From the NCBI GenBank assembly GCA_963761335.1, contig CAVXGR010000021.1, positions 128,001 to 192,000 on the forward strand: a stretch of DNA of 64,000 nucleotides. The letters are read 5' to 3'. The notes beneath the pieces were generated by a model. That model had not been told where the DNA came from, did not search any database, and saw only the letters and a list, made by a program, of their open reading frames with translations. The stretch is from an uncultured delta proteobacterium. GTDB taxonomy: Bacteria > Desulfobacterota > Binatia > HRBIN30 > BPIQ01. The stretch's first letter is position 1; each line of letters opens with the position of its first letter. The position numbers and the translations under genes were made by a program. This document shows positions 20,857-31,982 of the stretch, piece by piece.

Positions 20857-22025
20857 TCAGGGCGACGGCACGTGCTCGGGAACGAGCTGCGCCGCCAGCT
20901 CCCGTCGGCCGTCGCGGAAGCGCACGACGGTGACCGTCTTGCGCGGCAGACGGGAGCCGCCGGTGTAGCTGATCGTTCCGGTGACGCCGTCGAGCTCGCT
21001 GGTGGTGGCGAGCGCTGCACCGATCGCCGACGGGTCGCTGGAGCCGGCGTGACGAATGGCGTCGACCAGCAACTCGACCGTGTCGTAGCCGAGGCCGGCG
21101 AAGGCGTTCTCGGGCGGCGTGCCGTAGCGGCTCTCGTAGTCGGCGACGAACTGGCGCACCCGCTCAGCGGACGAGTCGGCGGTCAGCAGGGCGTGTGTCG
21201 TGTAGTAGGTGTCGTCGGTGGTCGCGCCGAGCGGCTCGAGCGATGTCGTGTCGTAGGCGTCTCCCCCGAAGATCGGAAGGTTGATGCCGGCGGCGCGCAC
21301 CTGGGGGATGATGTCGGCGATCTCGTCGGGCCCCGCGGCGATGTAGAGGATGTCGGGCGGAGTGCCGAGACTCTGCAGCTCGGACAGCTGTGCGGACAGG
21401 TCGAGAGCGCCGTCGTGGCCGTGGTAGTGGGCCTGGAGGACGACGCTGCCGCCCACCTCCGCGAACGCCTCCTGGAAGTACTCGCCAGCAGAACCGTGTA
21501 GTCCAGGCTGTCGTCGAGCAGCAGGTAGGCCGTACCGGCTTCAGCGACGAGGCGGCGATTCCGCAGCGGCGGCGGCCTGCTCGTTGTCGCCGAAGCAGGC
21601 GAGATAGAGATAGACCGGAACCTGCTGCGGCAGCTGCGGCGAGGTCGCGCCGGAGGTGACGAAGAAGATGTTGGCGGCGGCCGCGACCGGAGCCGCGGCG
21701 AGCACGGCGTTGGTGTCGCTCAGCCCGAAGACGGCGGAGACGCCGGCGGCGATCAGCTCGCCGGTGCGCGCTGCCAGCACCGTGGTGTCGGTCTCGCCAT
21801 CGACCGTGAGAAGCTCGATCTGTCTTCCGAGCACGCCTCCGGCGGCGTTGATCTGCTCCGCGGCCAGGACCGCTCCGTTGCGCGAGGGAACGTCGAGCGA
21901 TGCCTGGCCGCCGGTCAGGTTGAACACGGCGCGGAGCCGGATCGGCGCCTGACTGTTGAGCCGCATCCGGCGACCACCACGGCCGACAGCAGGGCCGCGA
22001 TCCACGGGAGTAGTGCGTTTCGCAT
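20857..22025 (-). pseudogene. ABC substrate-binding lipoprotein (LivK/PBP1 family), frameshifted as sequenced
   Basis: VVAGC lipobox, INAAGGVLGRQIEL, GATSPQL, LGYDTV, GVTGTI across frames. Confidence 0.82.
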
Positions 22026-22156
22026 CGGGTTGGGTCGCTCCTCCTCTGCTGGTTCCATGTAAATCACGGTCCGCAAGGCTCGCGCAACGGCGGGTAGTGT
22101 CCGAGTTTGCCGGTCCGACTCTGCAATTGTCTCCTGCCCGCCTCGCGCAAGGGTCT

Positions 22157-22294
22157 CCTCTCCCCGCATTCTTTTCGCGGGGAGAGGATCAAGGTGAGGG
22201 GCTTCTTCGTCACTGAACGTTCACGATTTCTGCGGCGTTCAAGAAGATCGGAACCCTCACCCTGTCCCTCCCGCGAAACAATGTGGGAGAGGGA
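22157..22294. repeat. CCCTCACC/CCTCTCCC...GGGAGAGG REP-like doublet
   Basis: Two opposed hairpin units; a related single unit lies at 6310-6338. Confidence 0.7.
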
Positions 22295-22416
22295 ACCGCG
22301 GCCGCAGCCGCGTGAAAATCGACGGCAGTCGTTGTCAACGGGGGGCATTCCCCAAAATAGGACACTACTGAACGCCGCCGCGGCGCAGAGAACGCCGTGA
22401 GGATGATAGCCCGGAT

Positions 22417-25400
22417 TCACGTCCGGCGGCGCCGAGGTCCATCCAAACCACGCAGCTGAGCGCGATCACGGCGACGGCCAATGCCTTCGACGACAGGGTC
22501 GGCCCGGTTTGCTCAGCGGAAGACCTGGCCCGCCCGGATCGAGATCCCGTCACCTTCCCCCGTGTCGTCGCCGACGGTCCCGTCCTCCAGGTTGAACATG
22601 GCGACGCCGACGGCGGGGACGAAGGGCAACGACGCCGTTCGAGTAGCAGATTGTGCGGTGCGCCAGTCGCGAGCGTGTACTCCTCGTTGTTTGCTGCGCC
22701 GGGCGGTTTCGGGCCTTGCTTCACGTATTGGAGGAACGGTGAGGCGAGGTTGTTGGTGCCGTGGTGTACACCGTCACCTTGGTTGACGGAAAACGGGCAA
22801 CTCGAACGAGAGTGACCGAAGGGCAGCGTAAATCCGCCGGCATCAACGGCACGGCTTTGACGTTCTTGTGCGGGCAGCTCGCGTCGGTCAGCAGCGTCTC
22901 GTAGCTTCCGTCCGTCTCGTCCGGCAACGAGGTTGCGTCGCTCTTCAGGCGATCGAGGAGCCGTCGCCGTCACAGTCGCCGCAGTTCGGCGCATCGTTCT
23001 CGATCCGATAGTAATTCCGTCTCCGTCGTCGTCTCATTGCTGAATCCCACAAGTGGTGAGGCACGCGTCGTCATTGGATGCATTGCCGTCGTCGCACGCT
23101 TCGACGCCGCCACCCGGTCCGCTGGTGCACGTGCCCGCGTCGGAGCAGAGGAAGCCATCGCCGCAGGTGGCGGTAGCGCAGGTGTTGGGGCAGCTGTCGT
23201 TATTCGACAGGTTGCCGTCGTCGCAGGTCTCGTTGGCTCCCAGAATCCCGTCGCCGCAACTGCCGCACCCGAAGATCGCGATCGCCCCGCTGTTGAGGGC
23301 GGACACGTACAGATTGCCTCCATCCGGGCTGAACCCGAGCAGCGCGGTGAAATCGAGCGCGGTCCCGTCGACGCACTGCCCGCCCGTTCGGGTGTCGCTG
23401 ATACAGCCGAACTGGTCGCTGCGCTGCGTCAGCTCCCCCGTCGCGGGATTGCGATTGAAGATCGCAACGGCATCGCTGGCGGTGGTGGTGACGATCACCA
23501 GCAATCCATCCGGGCTGACCACAATGCCATCGGCGCCATTGAGCGCTTTGCCCAGCGCGCAGGTTCCGCCGAACGGCGAGACGCAACCGGCCGTTCCCGC
23601 CTTCTGCGTCAGCTTGCCGGTCATGGGGTCGCGGTCGAAGATCACCACCGCTTGGCTCAGCCCTGACGCTACGTAAACGTTGCGATTATCGGGACTCACG
23701 GCGACCCCAATAGCCCCGTTCAGCGCCCTGCCGTCGACGCACGCTCCTGCAGTGCCGTCGTCACTGATGCAGCCGTCGGTACCCGCCTTCTGGGTCAACT
23801 TGCCCGTTGTCGTATCGCGGTCGAAGACGTCGACGGCGTCACTGAGCACGGCCGTCGCGTACAGGTTGCGGCCATCGGGGCTCACCACCACTGCCGTCAC
23901 CCGATCGAGGGCGACGCCGTCGATGCAATCGCCACTGCTGCCGTCGTCGCTGATGCACCCATCGGTGCCGCCCTTCTGGGTCAGGGCGCCGGTGCTCGTA
24001 TCGCGATCGAAGACGGCCACGGCTTTGCCGTCGAAGGTGGCTCCCGTGTAGACATTCTTGCCGTCTGGGCTGACGGTGACCGCCACGATGTCGTTGATCC
24101 CTCTGCCATCAACGCAAGCACCGCTGGAGCCGTCGTCACTAATGCAACCGGCGGTGCCCGCCTTTTGTGTCAGGACACCCGTCGTCGTGTTGCGGTCGAA
24201 AATGGTCACTGCGCTGCTGTTGCCGGCCACTGCAAAGTAGACGTTCTTGCCATCGGGACTAACTGCGGCCTGGAAGGGGGCATCGAAGTCGGTGCCGTCG
24301 ATGCATGTTCCCATGCTTCCGTCGTCGCTGATGCACCCGTCCGGGTCGGCCTTCTTCGTCAGAGTGCCCGTCATTGGATTGCGATCGAAGATCACCGCCT
24401 TGGACCCGGTGGTATACACATTCTTGCCGTCGGGGCTCACCGTCGCCGAGTCGGCGAAGGCGAGCCCGGTCGCTGTCGTGCACGCGCCGCCGCTTCCCGT
24501 ATCACTCTGGCAGCCCGCTGTGCCGGCGAGTTGTTGGAGAGCGCACGGTTTCTTGCAGGAGCTGGAGCAGCCGTCGGTTTCGTCGCTGTTGCCGTCGTCG
24601 CATTCCTCGCCGAGATCGACGACGCCGTTGCCGCACTGGCTCTCGTAGGCGCCAATGTCGCACTGAGCGAACTGCGGCCGAGTGACGCCGCGCTGATCGG
24701 TGGCGACCATCACGCCGCAGCCGTTGGTCGCGTTGGGGATGGCATTCAGCGCCGGGCTGCCCGGCAATAGGGCGATCGTCTTGGTTGCTCCGCCGTTGTC
24801 TTGCGGGCCCATGAAATCGAGGTGTGGATCGGTGTTCGGTTGCGAGTTGTTCCCACCGCTGAAGCCGCAGCTCGTGCCGTCTTCGACGTTGTACCCGCCG
24901 TCAGTGACGGTGGTGTCGCAGTTGCCACCGGCGGTGTTGCCGGCGACGATCGTGTTCTTCACCGTGAAAGTGCCGGCTTCGAAGTACAGCCCGCCACCCG
25001 ACGGCGCCGCGTTGGCGGTGATGGTGCAGTTGGTGACGGTCATCAGGCCGTCGCTCCACAGGCCGCCGCCTTCATCGTTCGCGGAGTTGTCGAAGAACGT
25101 GCTGTTGACGACTTCGAACGTGCCTACGTTGTAGTCGGACAATCCTCCACCGACGTCGCTGCTGTTGCCACTGAACGTGCTGGAGGAAACAGAGGCCATC
25201 CCGCCGAAATTCTCGATGCCGCCGCCGACCCCGCCGGAGTTTTGACTGAAGGTCGTGTCGCTGGCGGAAAGTGTGCCGCTGCTGTAGATGCCGCCGCCGC
25301 TGCCGCGAGTCCCCGCCATATCGTAACCGCCACCGCCGAGTCCAGTCTGATTGGACGAGAACACGCTGGTTGCGACGACCAATGTTCCGCTATTGAAGAT

Positions 25401-26018
25401 TCCGCCTCCGGCGCCGCCGTTGCCGCCCAAGGTGACGCCGTGTCCGCCGTCGCCGGTTTTGTTTTGCGCGACGGTATCGTTGGTGAGATGGAGCGTCCCA
25501 GCATTGTGAACAGCGCCCCCGCTCCCGCCCGGTGCACTGCCCGCGTCGTCGGCACCATTGGGCGTGTAGCCGCCGCTGAGGGTCAGGTGGTTCAGTGTCA
25601 GGGTCGCGCCGCTGGCAATCTGAAGGAGGCGGAAGCGCGGCGCCCCGGCGTCACGCGTGATGGTTGCGTTGTTCCCGTTGATGGTCAGATCAACGCCGTT
25701 GGTGATGACGGGCAAGCCGTTGGTATCAATGCCGCTGCCGTTGTCGGCGGTCGTGAGCGTGTAGGGGCACGACAGGGTAAGATCGATGACTTGCGTGCCG
25801 CCCGCGGTGACCGCATTCGTGATCGCGGTGATCAGCTCGCTGACATCGCATCCGACGGTTGTTGCAGCCGGTGTCGGTGCGGGACGGAACAAGAGGACCG
25901 ACACCAACAGAATCGTTGACAGCAGGCGCTTCTCACGTGCAACCACGAGAACCCTCCTTCGTGCGCGACAACGAGTCGGATGCCGATCACGGCGCGGTGC
26001 CTGCGACGGGCGCACCAT
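22417..26018 (-). CDS. Large secreted protein: beta-helix (choice-of-anchor Q-like) + Myxococcus Cys-rich repeats + beta-propeller, probable IPTL-CTERM-like anchor (3' end frameshifted)
   Basis: ALLPGSPAL...DQRG...[23 protein letters not shown], repeated VSPDGKNVY blades, PTLS + hydrophobic stretch + RRRT tail; intact ORF 23034-26018. Confidence 0.8.
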
Positions 26019-26058
26019 TAGTACACCGCGTGCAGGGTTGGCAAGCTACGTGTGATCG

Positions 26059-26227
26059 CTAGCAGCCCGTTGAAGAACAGAACGGCTACTCCGGGCGGTC
26101 ATTTTGCGCCAGCTCTTCGTTGCCGAATCCTCGACAAAACCGACAAGTTTGCCTCCGGTTCGGCGCCTCGATCTGGCGCAAAATGCCTCGCCCTCGCTAC
26201 GCCGCCTGTTCTTCAACGGGCCGCTAG
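26059..26227. mobile_element. CTAG-flanked MITE-like element
   Basis: ctagcagcccgttgaagaacag / ctgttcttcaacgggccgctag (1 mismatch in 22); inner arms cattttgcgccag / ctggcgcaaaatg. Confidence 0.82.
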
Positions 26228-26464
26228 GGGCAGGGCTGGGTCGGACCGCTGCCGCGTGCCCTCGCCGACAAGGCGCAGCACCTGGCGGTTGCCGGCCGCC
26301 CGTCGGCCTGCCGCGCGAGTAGCCGACAGCGCGTTTCTCCGCGGATTCCACCCTCGGTGGCGTGCGGACAGCCGGAAATCGCCGGAGGAGTGATTGACAT
26401 ACGAATTGCTCTGCGGCAGATCTAGGCCAGTTATTCTAGAACAGTTGACCAAGAGGGGGCCTGA

Positions 26465-27634
26465 ATGCGTCCGGAGACCTACCTAGAGAACGTCCGTGCG
26501 CTCGTCCCCGCCATCCGCAGCCGAGCGGCAGAGTGCGAATCTCTGCGGCGACTGCCCGACGAAACACTTGTCGAGTATCGAAAGACGGGTCTGCTCCGCG
26601 CGCTTCAACCAGTCCGATGGGGAGGGCTCGAGTTGAGTCCGCTGACGTTCTTCCAGGCCGCCACCGAGGTCGCCGCCGCCTGCCCGTCGAGCGCCTGGTT
26701 TTTGAGCGTCGTCGGGATCCACAACTGGCAGCTCGGACTCTTTCCGGAACAGGCTCAGAAAGACGTCTGGGGCAAAGACACGAGCGTCCTGATCAGCTCC
26801 TCGTACGCGCCGACGGGAAAGGTGGAACGCGTCGATGGCGGCTTCCGGCTCTCGGGTCGCTGGTCGTTCTCCAGTGGCTGCGACCACTGCCAGTGGGTGT
26901 TCCTCGGCGGCGTCGCGCCCAGCGACGGTCCGATGCCCGATATGCGGACCTTCCTCGTGCCGCGCGCCGATTACCGGATCATCGACAACTGGCACGTCGT
27001 GGGGCTCTCGGGAACGGGCAGCAAGGATATCGTCGTCGACGGCGCCTTCGTGCCGGAGCACCGTACGCATCGATTCGCAGACGCGTACATGCTCCAGAGC
27101 CCCGGCCAGGCCGTGAACCAGGGCACGATCTTCCGCCTGCCGTTCGGTTGCATCTTCTCGTTCTGCATCGCGGTACCGGCGATCGGGGCGGCGCGCGGCG
27201 CGCTGGATTCGTACCGTGGCTACATGCAAAACAAAGTCGCGGCGTACGACGGGTCGAAGGTTGCCGACGATCCGTTCGCCCAGCGCCGGCTCTCCGAGGC
27301 GGCCGCGGAGATCGACGCCGCCGAATCCGAGGTGCGCTCTACCTGGGAGGCGATCTGCGCCCGCGCCGAAGCGGGTGATGCGATTTCCCTCGAGCTTCGG
27401 GCACATGCCCGCTGGAGCGCGGCCAACATCGTTTTGCGAGGCGTGCGTGCCGTCGATTTGCTGTTCGAAGCCAGCGGCGGGCGTGCGCTCTTCCGCGACA
27501 ATCCGATCCAGCGATACTTCCGCGACGTCCATGCGATGCGCGCGCATGCGTTGAACAACCCGGACAAGGCCTCGCAGATCTTCGGCTACACCGAGCTGCA
27601 CCCGGGCGCGGCGCCGCCAGATTTCTTCCTGTAG
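26465..27634 (+). CDS. Flavin-dependent monooxygenase oxygenase subunit, HsaA-like
   Basis: ISSSYAP, GRWSFSSGCDHC, WHVVGLSGTGS, QRYFRDVHA. Confidence 0.9.
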   Translation: MRPETYLENVRALVPAIRSRAAECESLRRLPDETLVEYRKTGLLRALQPVRWGGLELSPLTFFQAATEVAAACPSSAWFLSVVGIHNWQLGLFPEQAQKDVWGKDTSVLISSSYAPTGKVERVDGGFRLSGRWSFSSGCDHCQWVFLGGVAPSDGPMPDMRTFLVPRADYRIIDNWHVVGLSGTGSKDIVVDGAFVPEHRTHRFADAYMLQSPGQAVNQGTIFRLPFGCIFSFCIAVPAIGAARGALDSYRGYMQNKVAAYDGSKVADDPFAQRRLSEAAAEIDAAESEVRSTWEAICARAEAGDAISLELRAHARWSAANIVLRGVRAVDLLFEASGGRALFRDNPIQRYFRDVHAMRAHALNNPDKASQIFGYTELHPGAAPPDFFL

Positions 27635-27651
27635 ACGGAAAGGAGAGATTG

Positions 27652-28539
27652 ATGACCGCAATCTCACGACTGGGGTATCTCGGCTTCGAGGTCAGCGATC
27701 TATCCGCATGGGAGCGCTTCGCGGTGGATGTCCTGGGCCTCGTCGTCTCAGAGCGACGAGCCGACGGCAGCCTTGCCCTGCGGATGGACGATCAGGCGCA
27801 GCGCCTCGTCCTCCGTCCGGGAACCCGCGACGATCTCGCTCATGTCGGCTTCGAGGTGGAGAACGAAACGTCGCTGCAGCAGCTCGCCGACGATCTCTCC
27901 ACGGCGGGCTTCGCCACCACGCGGGCAGCTGATGACCTCGCGCGCGCCCGCCGGGTATCGCGCCTGTATCAAGTGAGGATCCCAACGGCGTTCCCGTGGA
28001 GCTGTTCTGCGGACCCGACGGTCGGCCAGCCTTTCCGATCGCCGCTGGTACCGTCCGGATTCGTCACCGGCGACGAGGGGCTCGGCCACGTCGTCTTCGG
28101 GACGATGGACCCGGAGGCCACGGAGAGGTTCTACCGCGAGCTCCTCGGCATGCGCCTCTCGGATCGCATCGAAGCCGAGCTCGTGCCCGGGTTCTCGCTG
28201 CAGGTGACCTTCCTGCATTCCAATCCGCGACACCACACCGTGGCCTTCGCCGCGGCACCGATGCCGAAGCGAATCCACCACTTCATGCTCGAGGCCGGCG
28301 CCATGGAGGACGTCGGGTACGCCTACGATCGGGCTCTCGATGCGGGGGTGCCGATTGCCAGCACGCTCGGCATGCACCCGAACGATCGCATGTTCTCCTT
28401 CTATGCCCGGACGCCTTCGGGCTTCGAGGTCGAATTTGGCTGGGGCGGTCGCAAGATCGATGAGGCGACCTGGGAGGTCGATCAGTACGATCGTCTCAGC
28501 ACATGGGGCCATCGGCCGCCGTCGCCGGTCGGGGGGTGA
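27652..28539 (+). CDS. Extradiol ring-cleavage dioxygenase (HsaC/BphC-like)
   Basis: LGYLGFEVSD, GLGHVV, NPRHH, IHHFMLE, LGMHPND, SFYARTPSGFEVEFG. Confidence 0.92.
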   Translation: MTAISRLGYLGFEVSDLSAWERFAVDVLGLVVSERRADGSLALRMDDQAQRLVLRPGTRDDLAHVGFEVENETSLQQLADDLSTAGFATTRAADDLARARRVSRLYQVRIPTAFPWSCSADPTVGQPFRSPLVPSGFVTGDEGLGHVVFGTMDPEATERFYRELLGMRLSDRIEAELVPGFSLQVTFLHSNPRHHTVAFAAAPMPKRIHHFMLEAGAMEDVGYAYDRALDAGVPIASTLGMHPNDRMFSFYARTPSGFEVEFGWGGRKIDEATWEVDQYDRLSTWGHRPPSPVGG

Positions 28540-28540
28540 G

Positions 28541-29517
28541 ATGACCGAGCCCTACCGCATCGACGTCCACCACCACATCCTGCCGCCGGAGTACGTCTCG
28601 GCGCTTGCGGACCGGGGGATCACCGGGGGCGGCGGCCTGCCATTCCCCTCGTGGAGCTCCGAAGAAGCGCTCGGCCTGATGGACCGGCATCCATCCAGGC
28701 CGCGGTGACGTCGATCTCTTCGCCTGGCGTCCACTTCGGCGACGCGACCGCCGCCCGCGACCTGGCTCGGCGCTGCAACGAGGTCTCGGCGCGCCTGGTG
28801 AGCGACCATCCGACTCGTTTCGGTGCCTTCGCGACGCTGCCGTTGCCCGACATCGACGGTGCGCTCCGCGAGCTCGAGCACGCGGTCGACTCGCTCCACC
28901 TCGACGGCGTCGTCCTCCTCGCCAGCCAGAGCGACGGTCGCGTGCTCGGCGATCCCACCTTCGACGAGCTGTTTGCCGAGCTCGACCGGCGCCGGACCGT
29001 CGTCTTCGTCCATCCGACGATTCCCAGGAGCAGCGAAAGGATCCCGATCGATGTGCCCGGTTTCGCCGCAGAGTTCACCTTCGACACCAGCCGGGCCATT
29101 CTGAATCTCATCTGGACCGGAGCCGCCGAGCGGTTCTCGAACATTCCCCTGATTTTCTCACACGCGGGCGGCACGGCGCCTTTCCTCGCGTGGCGCTGGA
29201 GCTTGCTGGGCTTCACGCCGCAGATTCAGGAGCGCGCGCCTCGCGGGGTGATGCACTATCTGCAGCGCTTCTTCTACGACACGGCGCTTTCGGCCAATCC
29301 CCATGCCCTGCGCTCGCTTGGTGAGTTGGTTGGTCCGTCGCACATCTTCTTCGGGAGCGACTTCCCGTTCGCCCCCGAGCCGGTGACGCAAATGAGCATC
29401 GACGGCCTGGCGCAGTACGACGGCTTCGACGACGCGGCGCGGCGGGCGATCGAACGTGACAACGCACTCGCCTTGCTACCGAGGCTGCGCAGACCTGTCG
29501 TACCGGAGGAGGGATGA
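28541..29517 (+). CDS. Amidohydrolase_2 family protein (ACMSD/6-methylsalicylate-decarboxylase-like); one frameshift near 28690
   Basis: RIDVHHH, VFVHP, SHAGG, FYDTA, FGSDFPF. Confidence 0.85.
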
Positions 29518-30197
29518 GCAACGGCAACGTCGCGCGCAAGCTCTCCCGCCGCGAAGAGCTCGGGGTCGAGTCGCGGCGGAAGATCGTCGATGCCGCCGCC
29601 GCCCTGATGGCCGAGCACGGCTTCGCGGGGACGAGCATCGCGGCCGTGAGCAAACGGTCGGGCCTGCCCTCGGGCTCGATCTACTGGCACTTCGAGAGCA
29701 AAGAGGCGCTCCTCGGCGCTGTCGTCGAGGAAGGTGCGCGGCGCTGGTTCGACTCGCTGCAGGTGAGCGACAACCTTTCCAACGATCCGGCGGCTCGTGC
29801 CGCTGCGTTGCTGGAAGCCGCTGCGACCTCTCTCGAAAAGCAGCCGGAGTTCTTGCGCCTCCTGTTGCTGATCGCCCTCGAGCGTCGCGAAGTCGACAAG
29901 ACGTCGCTCGCAGTCATTCGTCGAGTGCGCGCTCTCGCGCTCCAGCACATCCGTAGTCTGGTGGCGGCCCTGCTCGGCGCCTTCAATCAGAAACGAGCGA
30001 ACCAGTTGGCCGACGATTTCGCGCGATTGCTCCTCTGTGTGGCCGACGGCGCCTTTGTGGCGCATCACCTCGATCCCAAGAAGACCGACATTCGAGGGCT
30101 CTTCGACCTCCTGCGAGGCGCGCTGACTGCCCTGGCGCGCGAGTCAGCAACGCTATCCCCCCTGCGTGCTCGGCGGCGTCGCCGGCGGCTGCGGTGA
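29514..30197 (+). CDS. TetR-family regulator
   Basis: N-terminal HTH GFAGTSI...GSIYWHFESKE. Confidence 0.93.
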   Translation: MSNGNVARKLSRREELGVESRRKIVDAAAALMAEHGFAGTSIAAVSKRSGLPSGSIYWHFESKEALLGAVVEEGARRWFDSLQVSDNLSNDPAARAAALLEAAATSLEKQPEFLRLLLLIALERREVDKTSLAVIRRVRALALQHIRSLVAALLGAFNQKRANQLADDFARLLLCVADGAFVAHHLDPKKTDIRGLFDLLRGALTALARESATLSPLRARRRRRRLR

Positions 30198-30339
30198 TCT
30201 GCAATTGCGGCCCTCTCTAGCGGCCTTGGGGAGTGAGGAATCGTCCGAGGAGGGCATCGGCGGTGGCGATCGCCTCGTCGAGCGTGAGCGCCGGACTCGA
30301 AGCCTGCACGTTTCTCGGCCAATGCTCGGCGACGCGACC

Positions 30340-31225
30340 GGGTGCGCGTCTCCGGTCTTACGTGACGACGACCTACGGCTCCAATGACAGAACATTCAAG
30401 AACCTGTCTCTGATTCAGATGGACATTGCCATCAAGGACAAGCGCGCCCAGCCGACCGGATGGCTGTTTGGAACATTCCAATACAATGGCCGGCTGGGTC
30501 CGGCGAGCTGGAGCAACCTGATTCCGCTCGGAATCATGTGGGGTAACGATCCGGATGTCGCGGGGAGTACCTATACCCAGTTCTTACCGGGCGGGCTCTC
30601 GCCCACATCACCACCGCAAACGCCGATGACCCAGACGAAGGTAAATCCGAAGCTGAAGGAAACCTCGATAAATCGGAACACGAAAGAAGTGCCGCCTTCG
30701 CATCTCGGTTGGAATGGCCGGCTCAACGGTCCCGTCGACAATTTCTTGAGCTCTTGCATGAGCTGCCACATGACGGCAGAGGTTCCGGCGCTTTCCCCGG
30801 CCAACCCGACTTTCCAAGGTATCTGGAACGTGGCCAACCTTTCCCAGCCCCCGGTTGGCTCCCCTGTCGATCAGCCTCCCCCGCAGGGATTCACGGGAGG
30901 TTGGTACGGAGGATGGATGCGGTGGTTCCAGAACCTCAAGTGCGGACAGCCCTTTGACCCCAGGGGAAATCCCTGGACTCAGGAGGGAGCCAAGTCCACG
31001 GACTTCAGCTTGCAGCTCTCACAGGGACTCACCAACTTCAGTGAGTGGCAGGCCCTGGCGGGGCTCTACGCATCTGCCTACGGGGTCACTCGAACGGGTA
31101 AACTTACAGCGGCTGCTCCGAACGCAAGGCCGGCGGCTCGAGCCCGGACGTCGTCAAAGATTCCGAGCGCCAAGGGACATACGGTCTTTCCCATTACGCG
31201 AGGGGCGGTCCCACCCAATCCATAG
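30340..31225 (+). pseudogene. C-terminal part of an uncharacterised CxxCH-containing protein; no clear start
   Basis: QMDIAIKD, GWLFGTF, GIMWGND, GRLNGPVDN, SCMSCH, DFSLQL. Confidence 0.6.
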
Positions 31226-31249
31226 GGAGGCCGGGGTTGGGCCAACGGT

Positions 31250-31641
31250 GGCCTTCGGCATGCAGATCCCCCGGTGACGTTGACGAGAACGCATGCTGAG
31301 ATTCAGGCCGTCGAGATCAATCAATGACGATCCGTCCGACTCGATGATGGCGTTGGAGAAGTCGCAGCCGACGAACTTGAGGGCGCTGTCCGGCGGCGCC
31401 GCCGCGAAGACGTTCTGGAGCGAGTACAGTACGCCTCCCGGCCCCCCGTTGCATTGCGCGACCCCGAGGCCGCCGGTGCGCCATGCGTAGCCGATCATGC
31501 CGGTGCGTGGGGGCGGGCAGAGGTAGGCCGCGTCGTCGTCGCCGCAGCCCGGCAAGATGGAAAAGTGGCGATCAATCCGGCGGCGGCGCTTCCCTTGATG
31601 AACTGACGTCGCGATAGCCTGCGGCGCCGCTTGCGGCTCAT
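31250..31641 (-). pseudogene. Truncated Tat-signal lipoprotein fragment
   Basis: GGAGG RBS, MSRKRRRRLSRRQFIKG Tat motif, LPGC after a frameshift, pentapeptide-like FVGCDFSNA. Confidence 0.55.
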
Positions 31642-31982
31642 GGTGAGTCCCTCCCTTCGCGTGAGTTTGGGCTTTGTAATCCGAGGCGCAGTCGCTTGAC
31701 AAACTCATTTCGGCGGCTGCCAGCTCTTCACGGTGCCGGCGCTGGCTTCCCGTGGAGAAAGCGTTGCGCCGTTGGGCCGGGTGCACTCCTGGATCCCGGG
31801 TTTTCTTGGGTTGACAGTGGCGCCCACTCTCGGTACGACTGCGGCTCGCACAGCGCGGGAATCGGGGACGCGGGCTCCCTGGTCGAATTTTCCGCGGCGA
31901 CGCCGGCGCTCTACGGAAGACGGGGCCTTCAGCGGCGCGGCGCAGCGTGGCTTCGGAGCCGCTCGATATGGAGGCAGCCAGC

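Noticed and set aside
23200..24530. DNA repeat array
   Set aside because: Repeats are in-frame beta-propeller blades (SPDGKNVY...FDR...LTQKAG...GCISDDG) of the secreted protein
26430..26452. KstR operator upstream of the hsaA-like gene
   Set aside because: TAGAACAGTTGAC has the wrong spacing for TnnAACnnGTTnnA; only a short ttctagaa dyad remains
27975..28700. Programmed frameshifting or phase variation
   Set aside because: No slippery heptamer or simple-sequence tract at the breaks; same pattern as the regional indel noise
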